Origin: an uncultured delta proteobacterium
Lineage (GTDB): Bacteria; Desulfobacterota; Binatia; UBA9968
Length of the DNA: 64,000 nt
Assembly: GCA_963745835.1 (NCBI GenBank)
Contig: CAVUZH010000005.1
Location: 128,001 to 192,000, forward strand
Direction of reading: 5' to 3'
A program made the position numbers and the translations under genes. How positions within the stretch are numbered: position 1 is the stretch's first letter; every line of letters begins with the position of its first letter. This document shows, one piece after another, positions 1 to 10,546 of the stretch. A model generated the notes under the pieces. It made no database searches, was not told where the DNA came from, and was given only the letters and a program-made list of their open reading frames with translations.

Positions 1-217
1 CCAGGGTGCCTTCGCGATATCGACGCTGGATCTGTCGAGTCGCGCTTGCCGGAGAGATTAACCAGCGGCCATGATCTTCACTCCCGAGCAGCGCCGAGAA
101 ACAGGCGCCAGAATCGAAACGCGGAAAGCAGAGCCAATCTATCGAGCCATTGCGCGCCACCAAAGCGGCGGTATGGCAGTCGCCTATCAATGCGTAATCT
201 TCAATCGGTACTGACAT
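1..217 (-). CDS. Glycoside hydrolase family 15 (glucoamylase/trehalase-like), N-terminal part; runs off window
   Basis: Manual translation from ATG at 217: [45 protein letters not shown], the typical GH15 N-terminus; absent from the ORF track. Confidence 0.85.
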   Translation of the reverse strand, partial: MSVPIEDYALIGDCHTAALVARNGSIDWLCFPRFDSGACFSALLGSEDHGRWLISPASATRQIQRRYREGTL

Positions 218-929
218 CAATTCTCCCGCTGCCTCTGTTCCTTCTGCCTGATGAGAAAGCCCGAGCTAGCGATTGCTCTGAGGTATTGATCAATGTTGCG
301 CTCAGCCGTGTTCCGTTTCGTGTTCGTTTCAATTCCGATCAGGTGTCCTGGAGCGGCCGTCGCCTAAGAACCTTAAGATCCTTTGGAGCGGGTTGTTAAA
401 GTTTCTGTGAAAAAGTTGCTCCGTTTATGTCTGCTTAGATTGTGCTTGCTAACAAGATAGCGTCCAAGATGCGTATTTTGAAGATGTGAACCTGAAACTG
501 GGATCAATGTTTGAGGATGATGTAGACGCTGGTGATGCCGGGAACATAGCCTAGCACCGTAAGCAAAATATTCTGCCGGAATTGCCTCGTGAGTCCCACT
601 TCGAGGAACACGCCCAGCGCGGCAAGACGACAGCCAAGATGATCTTCAATGGATCTGTAGCAGTAAAGGATGTGGCGCGTCGACAGTTCGTGCTGGCGGT
701 TGCCGTCACCGTGCTAACTCTCACGATACTGCGTGGCGTGGAGTTCCTAGAACGCCGAATTAACAAGTCGACAGATGAACGATAACTCTAGGTGATTGTT
801 AAGCTCGGTATGTTCGACCGGAGGTGTGGTGCAGTGTTGCTCACGCAGTCACTACACCACTCCAGCCGGTAAGATCTCGTCTCGTTACTTCTTGCGGCCC
901 GCCAGAACAATCTCGCGTCGGGCAACTGA

Positions 930-2432
930 TCAGCCCGGGCTTTTACCGTCAGGATTTTTCAATGCGACAAAGACACTGTTGCCGCCGCGCTGGATCAAGA
1001 AGAGCAGGTTCGCGCCCGGCTTGGCTTGATCGAGAGCCTTGCGCAATTCAGCGGCGTTGCCGATCTTCCTGCGATCTACTTCCAGAATCACGTCACCGCG
1101 CTGAAGACCAGCCTCAGCGGCCGCGCTTTGCGGTTCAACCGAGCTGATAACCACTCCGTCGGCGCGGTTCAATCCCAGAGTCTTGGCTAATTCGGGCGTC
1201 ATGTTCTGGACGGTCATGCCTAAATTCCCGGATTGCGGCGCGGAAGCAACCACTTCCTCCTCTTTCAACTCCGCAATCTTGACGCTGAGCGGCATGCGCT
1301 GCTTATCTCTCAGGACCGTCATATTCACGTTTTTGCCTACCTCGATGCGAGCGACAATAGCGGGCAGCTTACTGGAATCGTCGATCCTTTCTCCGGCAAA
1401 CTCGACGATCACGTCGCCCGCTTGCACGCCGGCCTGAGCCGCAGGACTACCCTCGACCACGCTCGAGACCAGCGCCCCCTGGTTCTTTTCCAGTCCAAGA
1501 GCTTGAGCGATCTCCGGAGTGACTCTCTGAATGCTGACTCCCAACCAACCGCGAGTGACTTTTCCTTTCTTGATCAATTCAGGCAAGATCTCTTTCGCCG
1601 TGTTGATTGGAATGGCAAAGCCAATCCCGAGATTGCCTCCGGTACGGCTGAAAATCGCCGTGTTGATGGCGATCACTTCGCCGCGCAGGTTGACCAAAGG
1701 CCCGCCCGAATTTCCAGGATTGATCGAAGCGTCGGTTTGAATGAAATTATCATAAGGGCCGGCGCCAATCTGCCTGCCTTTGGCGCTGACCACACCCGCT
1801 GTCAAGGTATTATCCAAACCGAACGGACTGCCCATCGCAACCACCCACTCGCCCACTTCAAGCCGGCTCGAATCGCCTAAAGGCGCTACTGGAAGGTTTC
1901 CCTTTCCTTCGGTGACCTGGATCACCGCTAGATCGGTTTTTGGATCCCGACCCACTACTTTGGCGTCGAACTCCCGTTGGTCCGAGAGTTTCACGGTGAT
2001 TTTATCCGCGTTCTCGACAACATGATTATTGGTCAAAACCAATCCTTTCTGGTCGATGATAAAACCGGAACCGAGACCCCGGCGCGGAGCTGTTTGCGGA
2101 CCTCCAGGCGCGCCAAACTGATCGCCGAAAAACCGACGCCAGAACTCGCTGAAGGGATCGTTTCCACCGAAGGGCTCCTGTCCGCCGAAGGGATCCGGGG
2201 ACGGAGACGGCTGCCCGCGAGTTGGTCCCTTGGGAGCCCCCTGTGTTGTCGAAATATTGACGACAGCCGGCGCTAATTTTTCCGCTAGCTGCACGAAATC
2301 AGGTAACCCGGTTTGTTTGGCAGTTTGTGCCTGAGCTGCTGCTGCGCCGTACGCTGTCGATCCAGCCGGGCCGAGCAAGCAAAACAAGCCGATAGCGCTC
2401 GATATGATTTTGGTTCTGCGATACGAAAACAT
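930..2432 (-). CDS. DegP/DegQ (HtrA) periplasmic serine endoprotease with two PDZ domains
   Basis: Signal peptide; LTNNHVV, DPKTDLAV and NPGNSGGPL catalytic motifs; two PDZ-like segments. Confidence 0.95.
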   Translation of the reverse strand: MFSYRRTKIISSAIGLFCLLGPAGSTAYGAAAAQAQTAKQTGLPDFVQLAEKLAPAVVNISTTQGAPKGPTRGQPSPSPDPFGGQEPFGGNDPFSEFWRRFFGDQFGAPGGPQTAPRRGLGSGFIIDQKGLVLTNNHVVENADKITVKLSDQREFDAKVVGRDPKTDLAVIQVTEGKGNLPVAPLGDSSRLEVGEWVVAMGSPFGLDNTLTAGVVSAKGRQIGAGPYDNFIQTDASINPGNSGGPLVNLRGEVIAINTAIFSRTGGNLGIGFAIPINTAKEILPELIKKGKVTRGWLGVSIQRVTPEIAQALGLEKNQGALVSSVVEGSPAAQAGVQAGDVIVEFAGERIDDSSKLPAIVARIEVGKNVNMTVLRDKQRMPLSVKIAELKEEEVVASAPQSGNLGMTVQNMTPELAKTLGLNRADGVVISSVEPQSAAAEAGLQRGDVILEVDRRKIGNAAELRKALDQAKPGANLLFLIQRGGNSVFVALKNPDGKSPG

Positions 2433-2786
2433 TTTGTCTCCTCCGTTGTCGATCTAGTCTATGAATTCAACTTGGCAATGAACCACACCATCGACGCGCC
2501 ACTAAGTCTGGCTCCTAGACACGCAGCCAGCATTGGTCGTCTTGTCGCGTGGGCTCGGTAAAACATTTCACGCCGCCGCAGATGGAACAAGAGATGACGC
2601 AGCAGTTTTAGACTAGCAGACAGGTTAGAAATTTACAGGCCGCGCGAGATTTCAGTTTGGACGCGCCCGAGGGCTCCCTTCAGATCCTTTCAGTGATTGA
2701 ATTTTTGCCGATCCCTGGCATATACCAAAGCTAACCTTCGAGGTTCATGGCTCTTCTGCTTTGACTCCTCAGAAGGAGAATACCTC

Positions 2787-3020
2787 ATGACCGGCACCTA
2801 CAAATTGCACCTCATCACATCGACGGCCCAACTTGATCCGAAAACAAGGAGATCTAACCCCAAAGTTTCAATCCTTTGTCCGAGCGAACGGGGCAAACAA
2901 CTCATGAAGAGAGTCATGTTAAAAAAAAGCTTTGAAACACCAGAAGAGGCAGAACGGGAGGGTGTGGCGTTTGCACAGAAATGGATCGACGACGGCAAAC
3001 CCGATCTTCCGCAACCATAG
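2787..3020 (+). CDS. Small hypothetical protein (77 aa)
   Basis: AAGGAG RBS before ATG 2787; C-terminus FETPEEAEREGVAFAQKWIDDGKP. Confidence 0.6.
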   Translation: MTGTYKLHLITSTAQLDPKTRRSNPKVSILCPSERGKQLMKRVMLKKSFETPEEAEREGVAFAQKWIDDGKPDLPQP

Positions 3021-3095
3021 ATCAACCACTAACCGAAGGAGCGACATCCGCGCCGCGGCCTCGGACTTGGCATCATGGATCCACGACTCTGCTGG

Positions 3096-4355
3096 CTATC
3101 GCGCCGCAGGTTCAGCGGCCGACCTGAGCGATCCATAGTACGCAGTCACGTCGCGCATCTGCTGCGGCGTTAGCCGGCCGGCAACCCGATGCATAATGTG
3201 AGCGTAAGGCGTGCCGCCGCGGCTTTGTTTGTTGAACAGTTCGAGCTGCAGAGCGAGGTATTCTGAATGTTGCCCGGCGAGCTCGGGGTAAATTGGGTTT
3301 CGCCGAAGACGGTTGGGACCATGACAGGCGCTGCATGCGGGAACCCGCCGGCTCGGGATGCCGCGCATGGCGATCTCTCTGCCGCGTTCAATAGCCGGGG
3401 CGATTTCCTCCGACACCGGCGCTGGAGGCGGCGCCGGTAAGTTGCCATAGTACTGCGCGATCTCGCGCATGTCTTTCGCTGTCAAGCTGGCGGCAAGCGG
3501 CTGCATAATTCCGCTGTGACGCTCGCCGCGTGCGAATGCCAGAAGCGACGCAAAGAGGTAATCTGTTCGCTGCCCCGCAAGGATCGGAAACACGCTCAAG
3601 TCCCGGGTGCGATTATCGACAATGTGACAGCGCGCGCAGTTATCAGTGATGATGCGAGGCGCTTGTTTCGACTCGGTCAGATCGTCAATAGTTGCGGCTG
3701 GCGCCTTCAAGCTGCGCGCCACCTTCAGATACTCTTGCGCGGTGAGTTTGGGAATTTTCAGCAGAAACGCGACCACGGCCCAGACTTCGTCATCGCGCTG
3801 TTGCGCCGGCCATGCCGGCATCCCGGTAAATTTGACGCCATGCTTGACGATATAAAAGAGCTCCTCCGGCTGCCATTTGGGAATCTCCGGCGGCAGGTGC
3901 GGCGGGTGCGGCGTCATATGACCTGCGATGACCGGTTGGGGCAGATGCGGCCCGCCATGGCACGGCCGGCAGCCAAATTCATAATGAGTCGCGCCTTTAG
4001 CGACGAGAGCGGCGTCATCAAGTTTTGGAGCGTTCATGCCGAGAGAATGGGTGATAACGGAACGGCGCATGGTGAAATTCAGCAACCATGCGGTGATCGG
4101 CCAGTGCCCGGAGCTGGCCTTGATCGGCATGATTCCTGATGCGGCGAACAAGAAGCCGCCCAAGGCGGCGACCACGGCGAATGCAATAGCTTTAAAAACC
4201 CAATGCTTTGCCTTATGACCGGGTCGATCTTTCAGCGCCTCCGTACTTCCGGCGCTCATCGAGGGCGCGGCGTCTCTGTGTAAGAATTGAACCAGCGTGA
4301 TTACCGCCGCGGCAACGAACGCGCAGATCAAGACGGTGTTCCTGAATAACTGCAT
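3096..4355 (-). CDS. Membrane-anchored multiheme c-type cytochrome (c553/c4-like, 3 hemes)
   Basis: CRPCH, CARCH and CSACH motifs; LAGQ c4 motifs; start overlaps ctaG stop (TAATG). Confidence 0.85.
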   Translation of the reverse strand: MQLFRNTVLICAFVAAAVITLVQFLHRDAAPSMSAGSTEALKDRPGHKAKHWVFKAIAFAVVAALGGFLFAASGIMPIKASSGHWPITAWLLNFTMRRSVITHSLGMNAPKLDDAALVAKGATHYEFGCRPCHGGPHLPQPVIAGHMTPHPPHLPPEIPKWQPEELFYIVKHGVKFTGMPAWPAQQRDDEVWAVVAFLLKIPKLTAQEYLKVARSLKAPAATIDDLTESKQAPRIITDNCARCHIVDNRTRDLSVFPILAGQRTDYLFASLLAFARGERHSGIMQPLAASLTAKDMREIAQYYGNLPAPPPAPVSEEIAPAIERGREIAMRGIPSRRVPACSACHGPNRLRRNPIYPELAGQHSEYLALQLELFNKQSRGGTPYAHIMHRVAGRLTPQQMRDVTAYYGSLRSAAEPAAR

Positions 4356-4987
4356 TAAGAAGGCTCCACCGGCGCGAGCATAGGTTCGCGCAGCAAACGA
4401 ATGGTCAGCCACAGACCGCCGAGCAGATACGAAAGGCCGCCGACAAGCAGCATGATCGCGCCGCCGAGATGTTGGTCATCGATAGCCGTAAGCCCGGAGA
4501 ATTCTCCGGCATGGGCATAAAGCGGACGTGGGCTGAGCGCCAGCAGCGCGCCCAGCAAGGTCATGTGCATGGCGGTGAGCAGGAGAGCGACCAGTCCGGC
4601 GGCGCTGCGGTTGCTCCGGCGCGCGGAGTTGCCGCCGAATGCCGATAGCCAGACAAAAACACCGGCGACGAAAAACATTCCTTGCTCGATGATCAACACC
4701 ACCGTGTGGTGACGCGCCGCATGGTGCAACGCCGGCGCATGCCAAGCCCAGACCACAACAAGCTCGAGAATAGATGCGGGGATCGGGGCGAACAGCCGTG
4801 GAGCCTGCCGGGTTGCATCGAAGCGACCGCCGGCGATACCCAGTGCAAGCACGGGCGCGGCCACGGCGACCACGCCCATGTGCATCAGCATGTGCGCAAA
4901 GAACGCCTGGCGCGCGAGCTGCGGCAGCGGCCCCAGCCAGACGGCAGCCAGGATCAACAATCCGCCGGCTATGACACCGCGGCGCAT
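4355..4987 (-). CDS. ctaG: Cytochrome c oxidase assembly factor (Caa3_CtaG family)
   Basis: HMLMHM, WAWHAP and DQHLGGAIM motifs; hydrophobic; within cox operon. Confidence 0.8.
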   Translation of the reverse strand: MRRGVIAGGLLILAAVWLGPLPQLARQAFFAHMLMHMGVVAVAAPVLALGIAGGRFDATRQAPRLFAPIPASILELVVVWAWHAPALHHAARHHTVVLIIEQGMFFVAGVFVWLSAFGGNSARRSNRSAAGLVALLLTAMHMTLLGALLALSPRPLYAHAGEFSGLTAIDDQHLGGAIMLLVGGLSYLLGGLWLTIRLLREPMLAPVEPS

Positions 4988-5373
4988 CAGTAACAGCTCC
5001 GGACGAATACCGCGACCAGTGCCGCGTAGACGACAGCCACCGCGCTCAGCGCCGACAGCAGCAGGGTGGCAAAACCCAGGAAACGGTGCCGGTCCTCGGG
5101 CGTGTCATCATCGTGCGGCAGGTTAGCCTGGCCGAAGCTATGCCTATGATGGCCATTCCAACCAATGACCCCAATGGCAGCGAGTGCCAGCGCGGTGTAG
5201 ACGCCAATGGCGATGCGCGCGCTGTCCAGCGGACCGCCGAGCCCGACAACCTTGGCGCACCACACCGCGGCGGTGCCGTAGCACAGCAGGAAATGCGCCG
5301 CCCAAATCACCGGCGAGGCGGTGAGCAGCCACAGGCTTTCTTTTGCTTCAGGCAGCTCTTTTCGAGTGGTCAT
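4987..5373 (-). CDS. Hypothetical membrane protein of cox cluster
   Basis: Three TM segments, IWAAHFLLCY motif; translationally coupled to ctaG. Confidence 0.75.
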   Translation of the reverse strand: MTTRKELPEAKESLWLLTASPVIWAAHFLLCYGTAAVWCAKVVGLGGPLDSARIAIGVYTALALAAIGVIGWNGHHRHSFGQANLPHDDDTPEDRHRFLGFATLLLSALSAVAVVYAALVAVFVRSCY

Positions 5374-5389
5374 TATGATCTACAGAGCA

Positions 5390-5650
5390 ACAGTTCAAAT
5401 CGTTCAATCGCATTTGCTCTGTTCAATCGCTCTGCTCCGTTCAAGCCGTGCTCCACGTATTCCGATTGTTCCAGCCAACCGAGGGCAACGTTTAGCTTTC
5501 CTGCGACGAATAGCTGGATGCTTGGCCTCTTGCCTTTACGAGTGAACTCCGTTGTCCTGAGTTTGCGCTAGCTTTGTGGTGCTTAACTCTCCGCGCGATC
5601 TTCTCTGCAACGATTTGAACGACTGGAACTGCTGGAACTGTTTGAACGCA
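5390..5650. repeat. 9-nt-period GTTC(A/C)A repeat element: inverted arms around a unique spacer
   Basis: Left arm gttcaaatcgttcaatcg...gttcaatcgctctgctccgttcaag; right arm ttgaacgactggaactgctggaactgtttgaac. Confidence 0.7.
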
Positions 5651-5656
5651 TTTACT

Positions 5657-8191
5657 TTAGGTTGCCAGCGGAAAACCGGCGATTACAGCGATCGTGATCG
5701 CAGCGGTCAGCGCGGTGAAATGCCAGTAAAGCGCCACGTTGCTGATGTCGCTGTCATAGCGGGCCGTCATTCGTCCGGCGATCCGGCGCGCCAAGCAGTA
5801 CAGTTGCATAATCACGCCTACCAAAACTTGAGTCGCGGTCCAGATCACAAGTATCCACACGGTCGCCGGATAGACATGACTCGTCGGATCGAGCCCGGTG
5901 AACCACGGCGCTGCGATCAGCGCGGCTGCGCCGGCTATGGCCAAGCCAACGGCGATTAACACGCTGCCGTAAAAGCCAACCGCGCTATCATTTCTATTCC
6001 AGCGACGCGCCAGCAACGTGAGCAGCCAGGCTCCCAGCAAAAGGACCGCCGCCAGTCCCGGCCAGAACACGCCGGGCCCCGGCGCCGGCTTCGGCGGAAA
6101 GTCGGTGCGCACCGTCCAGAAGAAAAAATAGCCGAACACGAGCGACATGAATGCGCTTAGCATCGCCAGCATCGTGATGAACATCGCCCACCATCCGACC
6201 GATTCGCGCCCCGACATATAGAGCGGCAAGGTTAGGCCCAGACCGACATCCTTTTTTTCTTTTTCAGGAATGAGCGCTGTCCCGGTCCATAACCAGTAAA
6301 TGATGACGCAAAGCGCCAGCGCCAGGCTAAGCATCGCCGGCCACCACCAGTGATAGGTGCCGAAGATGAAAAAGCCGCCGGTCGTCAGAGCGGCCCAAAG
6401 AGTGATGAATGATGAACCGGGAAGCCTGGCGCATTGCTGGGGCTGCGCGTCGATGACCGAAGTGATGATGGTTTCCCGTCTCCCTTCTTCGGCATCCGGC
6501 AAATAGAAGCGGCCTTGATCGATGTCGCGCACAAAATTCGCTTGATCCCAGAGCGGGTAGCGGCTGTCAATCTCCGGAATGGAGCGAATACCCCAGGACT
6601 TGCCGGGCATCTCTTGAGCCCACTCAATCGTGCCGGCCTGCCACGGATTGCGCGCCGCGTAAGGCTGCTTCTTCTTTGGCCGCACGATGTCCCAGAAAAC
6701 GACGCCAAGACCGGCGGCAAGAATGAAAGCGCCGATCGTAGTCGTCAGGTTGAGCGCGTCAAATCCGAGACCGGCCGGATAGGTGAAAACACGCCGTGGC
6801 ATGCCGCGCAAGCCGGTTATATGCATCGGCAGAAAGGCGATGTTGAAGCCGGTGAACGCCAGCCAGAAGGCGATCTTGCCGAGTTTGTCCGAGAGCATTT
6901 TGCCGTTGATCAGTGGGAAGAAATAATAACAACCAGCGAGAATCGGGAAGAGCGCGCCGCCGATCAGGACGTAGTGGAAGTGGGCGACGACGAAAAAGGT
7001 GTCGTGCGCCTGAAAATCAAACGGCGCCACCGCAACCATCACGCCGGTCAATCCGCCGAGCACGAAAATCACCAGGCTGCCGAAGGCGTAAAGCATCGGT
7101 ACCGAACGGACCACACGCCCCGCCGCCAGGGTCGCGATGAAGCAGAAAATCTGCACGCCGGTGGGCAGCGCTACCGCCTGAGAAGCGGCGGCGAACAAGC
7201 CGATCGAGATTCCCGGAAGCCCGGTCGTGAACATGTGATGCACCCACAGTCCAAAGCTTAGAAAACCCGTGCCCACCGCCGCCAGCACAATCCAGCTGTA
7301 GCCGATGATCGGCCTGCCCGCGAAGGTCGGCACGATCATCGCAATCAGCGCGACCGAGGGCAGAAAGATGATGTAGACCTCCGGGTGACCGAAGAGCCAG
7401 AAGAGATGCTGCCACAGCAGCGGGTCGCCGCCGCCCGCGGGATTAAAAAATGGCCAATGAAACGCTCGCTCGACTTCCAAAAGCATGCTGCCGGCAATAA
7501 GCGGCGGAAACGCGAAGACGATCATCGCCGCCGCCACCAGGACGTACCAGACATAGAGCGGGACGAGGTTGATGCGCATCCCCGGAGGCCGGGTTTTGAG
7601 CGAGCCAACCACCATCTCGACGGCGGCGGCAATGGCGGCAATTTCGATGAACGAAAATCCCAACAGCCAGATATCCGCGCCGATGTCCGATTGATAAGTC
7701 GAAGTAAGCGGCGGGTACATGAACCAGCCGCCGCGCGGCGCGGCGTTGAAAAAGATCGAACCGCACAAAAATATCCCGCCCAATAAGAAGCACCAGAAGC
7801 CGAAGGCCGACAAACGCGGAAAAGGCAGGTCGCGCGCGCCCAGCATCTGCGGCAGGAACAATACGGCTATCGCCTCGAAGATAGGTATCGCAAAAAGAAA
7901 CATCATCACCGAACCGTGAACGGTGAACGCCTGGTTATAAAGCTCGGCGGAGAGAAAGTCGTTATTGGGCACCGCTAATTGAATGCGCATGAGGAGCGCC
8001 AGCACACCGCCAAAAAGCAGAAACAGCAAGGTCATGCCGGTATACCAAAGCCCGACGTCCGAATTGTTGACCGAGGACCAGTAGCGAAAACCTGACGGTG
8101 TTTCCCACGTTTTCTCCAGCCGCTGCGCCTGCGCCCGCTGGATCTCGTCGGCCGGCGCCACAGCGAGAGGTTCGATGTCGGATTGGTTCAT
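5657..8191 (-). CDS. ctaD: Cytochrome c oxidase subunit I fused to subunit III-like domain
   Basis: GHPEVYI, WVHHMF and VAHFHY heme-copper ligands; 844 aa with C-terminal LYWHF subunit III motif. Confidence 0.93.
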   Translation of the reverse strand: MNQSDIEPLAVAPADEIQRAQAQRLEKTWETPSGFRYWSSVNNSDVGLWYTGMTLLFLLFGGVLALLMRIQLAVPNNDFLSAELYNQAFTVHGSVMMFLFAIPIFEAIAVLFLPQMLGARDLPFPRLSAFGFWCFLLGGIFLCGSIFFNAAPRGGWFMYPPLTSTYQSDIGADIWLLGFSFIEIAAIAAAVEMVVGSLKTRPPGMRINLVPLYVWYVLVAAAMIVFAFPPLIAGSMLLEVERAFHWPFFNPAGGGDPLLWQHLFWLFGHPEVYIIFLPSVALIAMIVPTFAGRPIIGYSWIVLAAVGTGFLSFGLWVHHMFTTGLPGISIGLFAAASQAVALPTGVQIFCFIATLAAGRVVRSVPMLYAFGSLVIFVLGGLTGVMVAVAPFDFQAHDTFFVVAHFHYVLIGGALFPILAGCYYFFPLINGKMLSDKLGKIAFWLAFTGFNIAFLPMHITGLRGMPRRVFTYPAGLGFDALNLTTTIGAFILAAGLGVVFWDIVRPKKKQPYAARNPWQAGTIEWAQEMPGKSWGIRSIPEIDSRYPLWDQANFVRDIDQGRFYLPDAEEGRRETIITSVIDAQPQQCARLPGSSFITLWAALTTGGFFIFGTYHWWWPAMLSLALALCVIIYWLWTGTALIPEKEKKDVGLGLTLPLYMSGRESVGWWAMFITMLAMLSAFMSLVFGYFFFWTVRTDFPPKPAPGPGVFWPGLAAVLLLGAWLLTLLARRWNRNDSAVGFYGSVLIAVGLAIAGAAALIAAPWFTGLDPTSHVYPATVWILVIWTATQVLVGVIMQLYCLARRIAGRMTARYDSDISNVALYWHFTALTAAITIAVIAGFPLAT

Positions 8192-8204
8192 GACATTAAA
8201 TTAC

Positions 8205-8320
8205 GTTGAAGCCGTTCAACTGCGTTGCTCAGTTCAATCGCTATGCTCCGTTCAAATCGCCGGAATCCCTAAGACGCTTTGAATGCGTTGAATGATTTGA
8301 TCGATTTGAACAAAACGTTT
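8205..8320. repeat. 9-nt-period GTTCAA repeat element (inverted arms)
   Basis: gttcaatcgctatgctccgttcaa ... ttgaatgcgttgaatgatttgatcgatttgaac between coxB and coxA. Confidence 0.65.
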
Positions 8321-9298
8321 TCACTCGAGTCCTTTCAAGTACACCGCCATGGCTTGCAGTTCTTCTTTCGGCAGCATGCCGAATTGCGGCATGAGCACTC
8401 CCGGTTTGGTGTGTTCGGTGCGGGCGATCCACTGAACCAAAGCATCGACATCGTTCGGCAAAGTGCCGGCGCCGATGCTCAGCCGCCCGCCCACATGGGT
8501 AAGATCGGGTCCTACCACTCCGTTGGCCGGTGTGCCGCGGACCATGTGGCAAGCGCCGCAGCCATTGGCGAGAAATAGCTCTTCACCTCGCGCCGCCAGC
8601 GGCGCGTTGGGTGATTGCGCCGGCGCCGATTGGTGCGCCAGCCAACGGGCGAAGTCCTCCTTCTCGTGGACGACAACGTCGAAGCTCATCAACGCATGCG
8701 AAGTGCCGCAGTATTCGGCGCACGCGCCGCGAAAAACACCGGTTTTGGTCGGCGTCAAAGCAAGCCGTGTCAACCGTCCGGGGATCATGTCGATTTTGCC
8801 GCCTAGCGAGGGAATCCAAAAGGAGTGAATGACGTCCGGGCTTTCCAGATGAAACTCCACCGGCTCTCCGACCGGCAGGCGGATCTCGTTGGCCAATATT
8901 ACCGGTTCGCCGGCCGATAATTGATAGCGTACCCGCCACCACCACTGCTCTCCGGCCACGGCAATTTTCAGGCTGCCTTCCGGCGCCGGCGCCAACAACG
9001 CTGGTAGCGGAGCTAAACCATAGACAAGCAGGGCGGTCAACGCGATCGTCGGAACAATCGCGCCGCCGCCGATGATCAATAAATTGGACCGTCGCTGGTT
9101 ATGCGTTTCGGGGGAGGCGCCGACTGCCCATATCGCCAAGGCGATTACCGCGATCCAGATCACAGTGCCAGCGATCGTCATCCACCAGAAGATTTCGGCA
9201 ATGCGCTGAGCGGCGGGGCCTGCCGGATCGAGCGTCGATTGCGGACCGGCGCACCCCGCGAGCAACAGCATGCATATCAGGACGATACGCCGAGCCAT
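8321..9298 (-). CDS. ctaC: Cytochrome c oxidase subunit II with C-terminal cytochrome c (caa3 type)
   Basis: Lipobox LAGC; QWWW; DVIHSFW; CuA motif CAEYCGTSHALM; CGACH heme motif. Confidence 0.93.
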   Translation of the reverse strand: MARRIVLICMLLLAGCAGPQSTLDPAGPAAQRIAEIFWWMTIAGTVIWIAVIALAIWAVGASPETHNQRRSNLLIIGGGAIVPTIALTALLVYGLAPLPALLAPAPEGSLKIAVAGEQWWWRVRYQLSAGEPVILANEIRLPVGEPVEFHLESPDVIHSFWIPSLGGKIDMIPGRLTRLALTPTKTGVFRGACAEYCGTSHALMSFDVVVHEKEDFARWLAHQSAPAQSPNAPLAARGEELFLANGCGACHMVRGTPANGVVGPDLTHVGGRLSIGAGTLPNDVDALVQWIARTEHTKPGVLMPQFGMLPKEELQAMAVYLKGLE

Positions 9299-9551
9299 GT
9301 CATTAGCGCCGTGGTAGCTGATGCGAGTGGGAAGAAGGTCGATGGCGGGATGCCTTTCGATTACGCTTGAGCGCCGATCCGAGCTGCGATTACGAAATGG
9401 ATTTTTGTATCAAAAGCGAGAAACGGTTCCAACGTAAAATCCAGCTTTGGGACGATCATTTTAGAACGTTGCTTTAAGGTCTCAGGATCGCTCTTAGTAT
9501 CGCGTGTGCCGGATAACTTTCCGTGGCGAGTACATATCGCAACGTGCATCG

Positions 9552-9567
9552 AGCAAGACATGTTCCA
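9552..9567 (-). promoter_or_regulatory. Candidate sigma54 (-24/-12) promoter for cox operon
   Basis: Minus strand TGGAACATGTCTTGCT = GG-N10-GC with TTGC. Confidence 0.5.
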
Positions 9568-9615
9568 GAATCTGTCAACTCACTTTACGATTCTGGCGGA
9601 ATCAGGCTTGAACGG

Positions 9616-9631
9616 CGGCATAAGCATTGCT
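9616..9631 (+). promoter_or_regulatory. Candidate sigma54 promoter for TIGR02587 operon
   Basis: CGGCATAAGCATTGCT = GG-N10-GC, about 50 nt upstream of start 9682. Confidence 0.6.
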
Positions 9632-9681
9632 CTGAGTAGCCGAGCGAATTCTGCTCTTCAATAAATAACTGGAGAGATGCC

Positions 9682-10534
9682 GTGGGTGTTCAGCGCAGCC
9701 AATCAATATCGCCTGAAAGAATTGCCGCCCAGTCCTTCTTCATCGGACTGGCGCGTGCCTTTGGCGGCGCCCTGATTTTTTCTTTACCGATTCTGATGAC
9801 AATGGAAATGTGGTGGCTGGGGTTTTCCATCGATGAGTTCAGGCTCGCCTTGTTGCTGTTGTTGAGCATCCCTCTATTGATCGGCCTCTCTCATTACATG
9901 GGTTTCGAGGACACCTTCGGTTTCAAAGATGACGCGCTTGATGCCTTTGTCGCTCTAGCGGTGGGCTTCGTCACCGGCGCAGTGACGCTCAGCCTTTTCT
10001 CGGTCATCGGATTTGACATATCGGCTTCCGAGTTCATTGGAAAAGTTTCTATCCAAGCGGTTCCCGGCAGCATCGGTGCGATGTTCGCGCAGAGCGAGCT
10101 GGGCGGCAAAGAAGGAAAGAAGGAAGAGAAAAGACGTCACGCGGGTTATGGCGGTGAAATATTTATCATGGCTGCGGGCGCTCTATTCCTTGCTTTCAAT
10201 GTTGCCCCCACCGAGGAGATGATTTTGATCGCGCACCAAATGAGCATCGGGCACTCGATCGCACTCGTCGTAGTCTCACTGCTGATCATGCATGCGTTTG
10301 TTTATGCCCTGGAATTTCAGGGAACGGCGTTGCTACCGCCTGGAACTCCGTTCTGGAGCGTCTTTCTTCGCTTTACCATCGTCGGCTACGCCGTTGCGCT
10401 GATGATGAGTCTCTACATGCTTTGGACTTTCGGACGCACCGAAGGTTTGGCTTTCCACCAAACGATATCGATTCTAGATCGTGCTCGGGTTTCCGGCCGC
10501 TGTTGGCGCGGCCGCGGCAAGGCTGATACTCTAG
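9682..10534 (+). CDS. TIGR02587 family integral membrane protein (frameshift near 10476)
   Basis: LPILMTMEMWWLG and NVAPTEEM motifs; conserved tail IVLGFPAAVGAAAARLIL* lies in another frame ending 10534. Confidence 0.85.
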
Positions 10535-10546
10535 CAAGGATCAACA

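Noticed and set aside
582-785. 67-aa ORF with a hydrophobic segment
   Set aside because: TTG start, no clear RBS or recognisable family; cannot be supported.
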